Below, one piece after another: positions 25,685-26,614 of a stretch of 26,614 bases of DNA. The notes beneath the pieces were generated by a model. The model was not told the origin of the DNA and did no database searches. It worked only from the letters and a program-made list of their open reading frames with translations. Each line of letters opens with the position of its first letter. The stretch's first letter is position 1. This DNA comes from an uncultured Nitrososphaerota archaeon (GTDB lineage: Archaea > Asgardarchaeota > Njordarchaeia > Njordarchaeales > Panguiarchaeaceae): positions 1 through 26,614 of the forward strand of contig CAZWPQ010000016.1 of NCBI GenBank assembly GCA_964636085.1. Direction: 5' to 3'. The position numbers and the translations under genes were made by a program.

Positions 25685-26614
25685 ATGAACATATACGATA
25701 GGGCCTTATCAATACTTAAAGAGAGACCCCCCGCCCATTTTTCTACTAAGGCAGCACTAAAAATATTGTCTAGATTCCCAGAAGAGAAAAAATATGTTTT
25801 AGAGGCCGGTTTTACCCCCAGTGGTAAAGTTCACTTGGGCAATTTTGGGGATATACTCATTACTGAGTCTGTAAGAAAAATATTAAACATCTGGGGCCAT
25901 GAAGCAACATCCATTCTCGCTATCGATTCCAAGGATCCCTACAGAAGACCCCCTGTTTTCCTACCTGAAGGTTTCAAGAAAAAATCTGAACAATACACAG
26001 GTATGCCCCTTATCCACATACCGGATCCCTATGGATGCCACAAAAATTTCGCTGAACATTTCACAGAACCACTCGTAATCTCATTAAAGTATTATGGATT
26101 ACATCCAGAAATAGTCTATGCCCATCAAATACATACCAACGAAAAATACATTGAACTCTTAAAATCGGTAATATTCCATAGACAAAAAATAATTGAGATA
26201 TTCAATAGAGTCCATGAAAGAGCTGGGCACGCCAAGAGATATGATTATTCTTGGATACCCTACAGGCCATTATGTGATAACTGCAATAGAATTGATGAAA
26301 ATGTTATCGCCACCGAAATCATGGATGATGGATATCTCATAGGCTACCACTGCAAACATTGTGGATATGAGGGAATAGCAGATATAAGAAAGGGACAAGG
26401 AAAGCCACCTTGGAGAGTGGATTGGGTTTTACGTTGGGTATTATTTAATGTCCACTTTGAACCAATGGGAAAAGACTTGATGGCTGCGGGTTCTAGTTAT
26501 GATACTGGGTGCGAATTAATTCGGGATTTCTTTGGAAGACAGCCCCCCGTGGCAATATTTTACGATTTCATATATTGGTTGGAGCCTAATAAACCACCAG
26601 TAAAGTTTTACAAG
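25685..26614 (+). CDS. lysK: Class I lysyl-tRNA synthetase (3'-truncated; absent from ORF track)
   Basis: Translated from ATG 25685: AGFTPSGKVHLGNF (HIGH), DSKDPYR, IPDPYGCH, WIPYRPLCDNC, CKHCG, GKPPWRVDW..RW, FEPMGKD, GSSYD. Open to the window end. Confidence 0.95.
   Translation, partial: MNIYDRALSILKERPPAHFSTKAALKILSRFPEEKKYVLEAGFTPSGKVHLGNFGDILITESVRKILNIWGHEATSILAIDSKDPYRRPPVFLPEGFKKKSEQYTGMPLIHIPDPYGCHKNFAEHFTEPLVISLKYYGLHPEIVYAHQIHTNEKYIELLKSVIFHRQKIIEIFNRVHERAGHAKRYDYSWIPYRPLCDNCNRIDENVIATEIMDDGYLIGYHCKHCGYEGIADIRKGQGKPPWRVDWVLRWVLFNVHFEPMGKDLMAAGSSYDTGCELIRDFFGRQPPVAIFYDFIYWLEPNKPPVKFYK

Overview
AT-rich, densely coding archaeal window (GGTGA/GGAG Shine-Dalgarno sites, ATP-dependent DNA ligase, archaeal ThrRS, class I LysRS). 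A Rab/Ras-like small GTPase next to a longin/uDENN-like gene points to an Asgard-related lineage (inference). I saw no rRNA, tRNA, CRISPR array or mobile element. Housekeeping genes (lig, thrS, adk, acdA, lysK) are interspersed with accessory modules. (1) The most interesting is a translationally coupled operon at 18129-21721: a circularly permuted TTL/YheCD-like ATP-grasp ligase, an N-formylglutamate-amidohydrolase/poly-gamma-glutamate-hydrolase-fold Zn peptidase, and a GCS2/YbdK-type gamma-glutamyl ligase that appears to start at a non-canonical codon. This looks like a 'writer-eraser-writer' gamma-glutamyl peptide or peptide-tagging system. It is followed by a CoA-binding protein and a dead-GT2/GtrA fusion, and lies near a frameshifted Ala-Glu epimerase. 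(2) An unknown protein + MoxR AAA+ + vWA operon, followed by a PaREP1/HEPN-like gene. (3) Eukaryote-like trafficking parts: the small GTPase and longin-like partner, a stand-alone MIT-like protein, and a proline-rich coiled-coil protein with MIM2-like motifs and a possible C-terminal pseudo-GTPase domain. All family calls come from motif recognition by eye, not from database searches.
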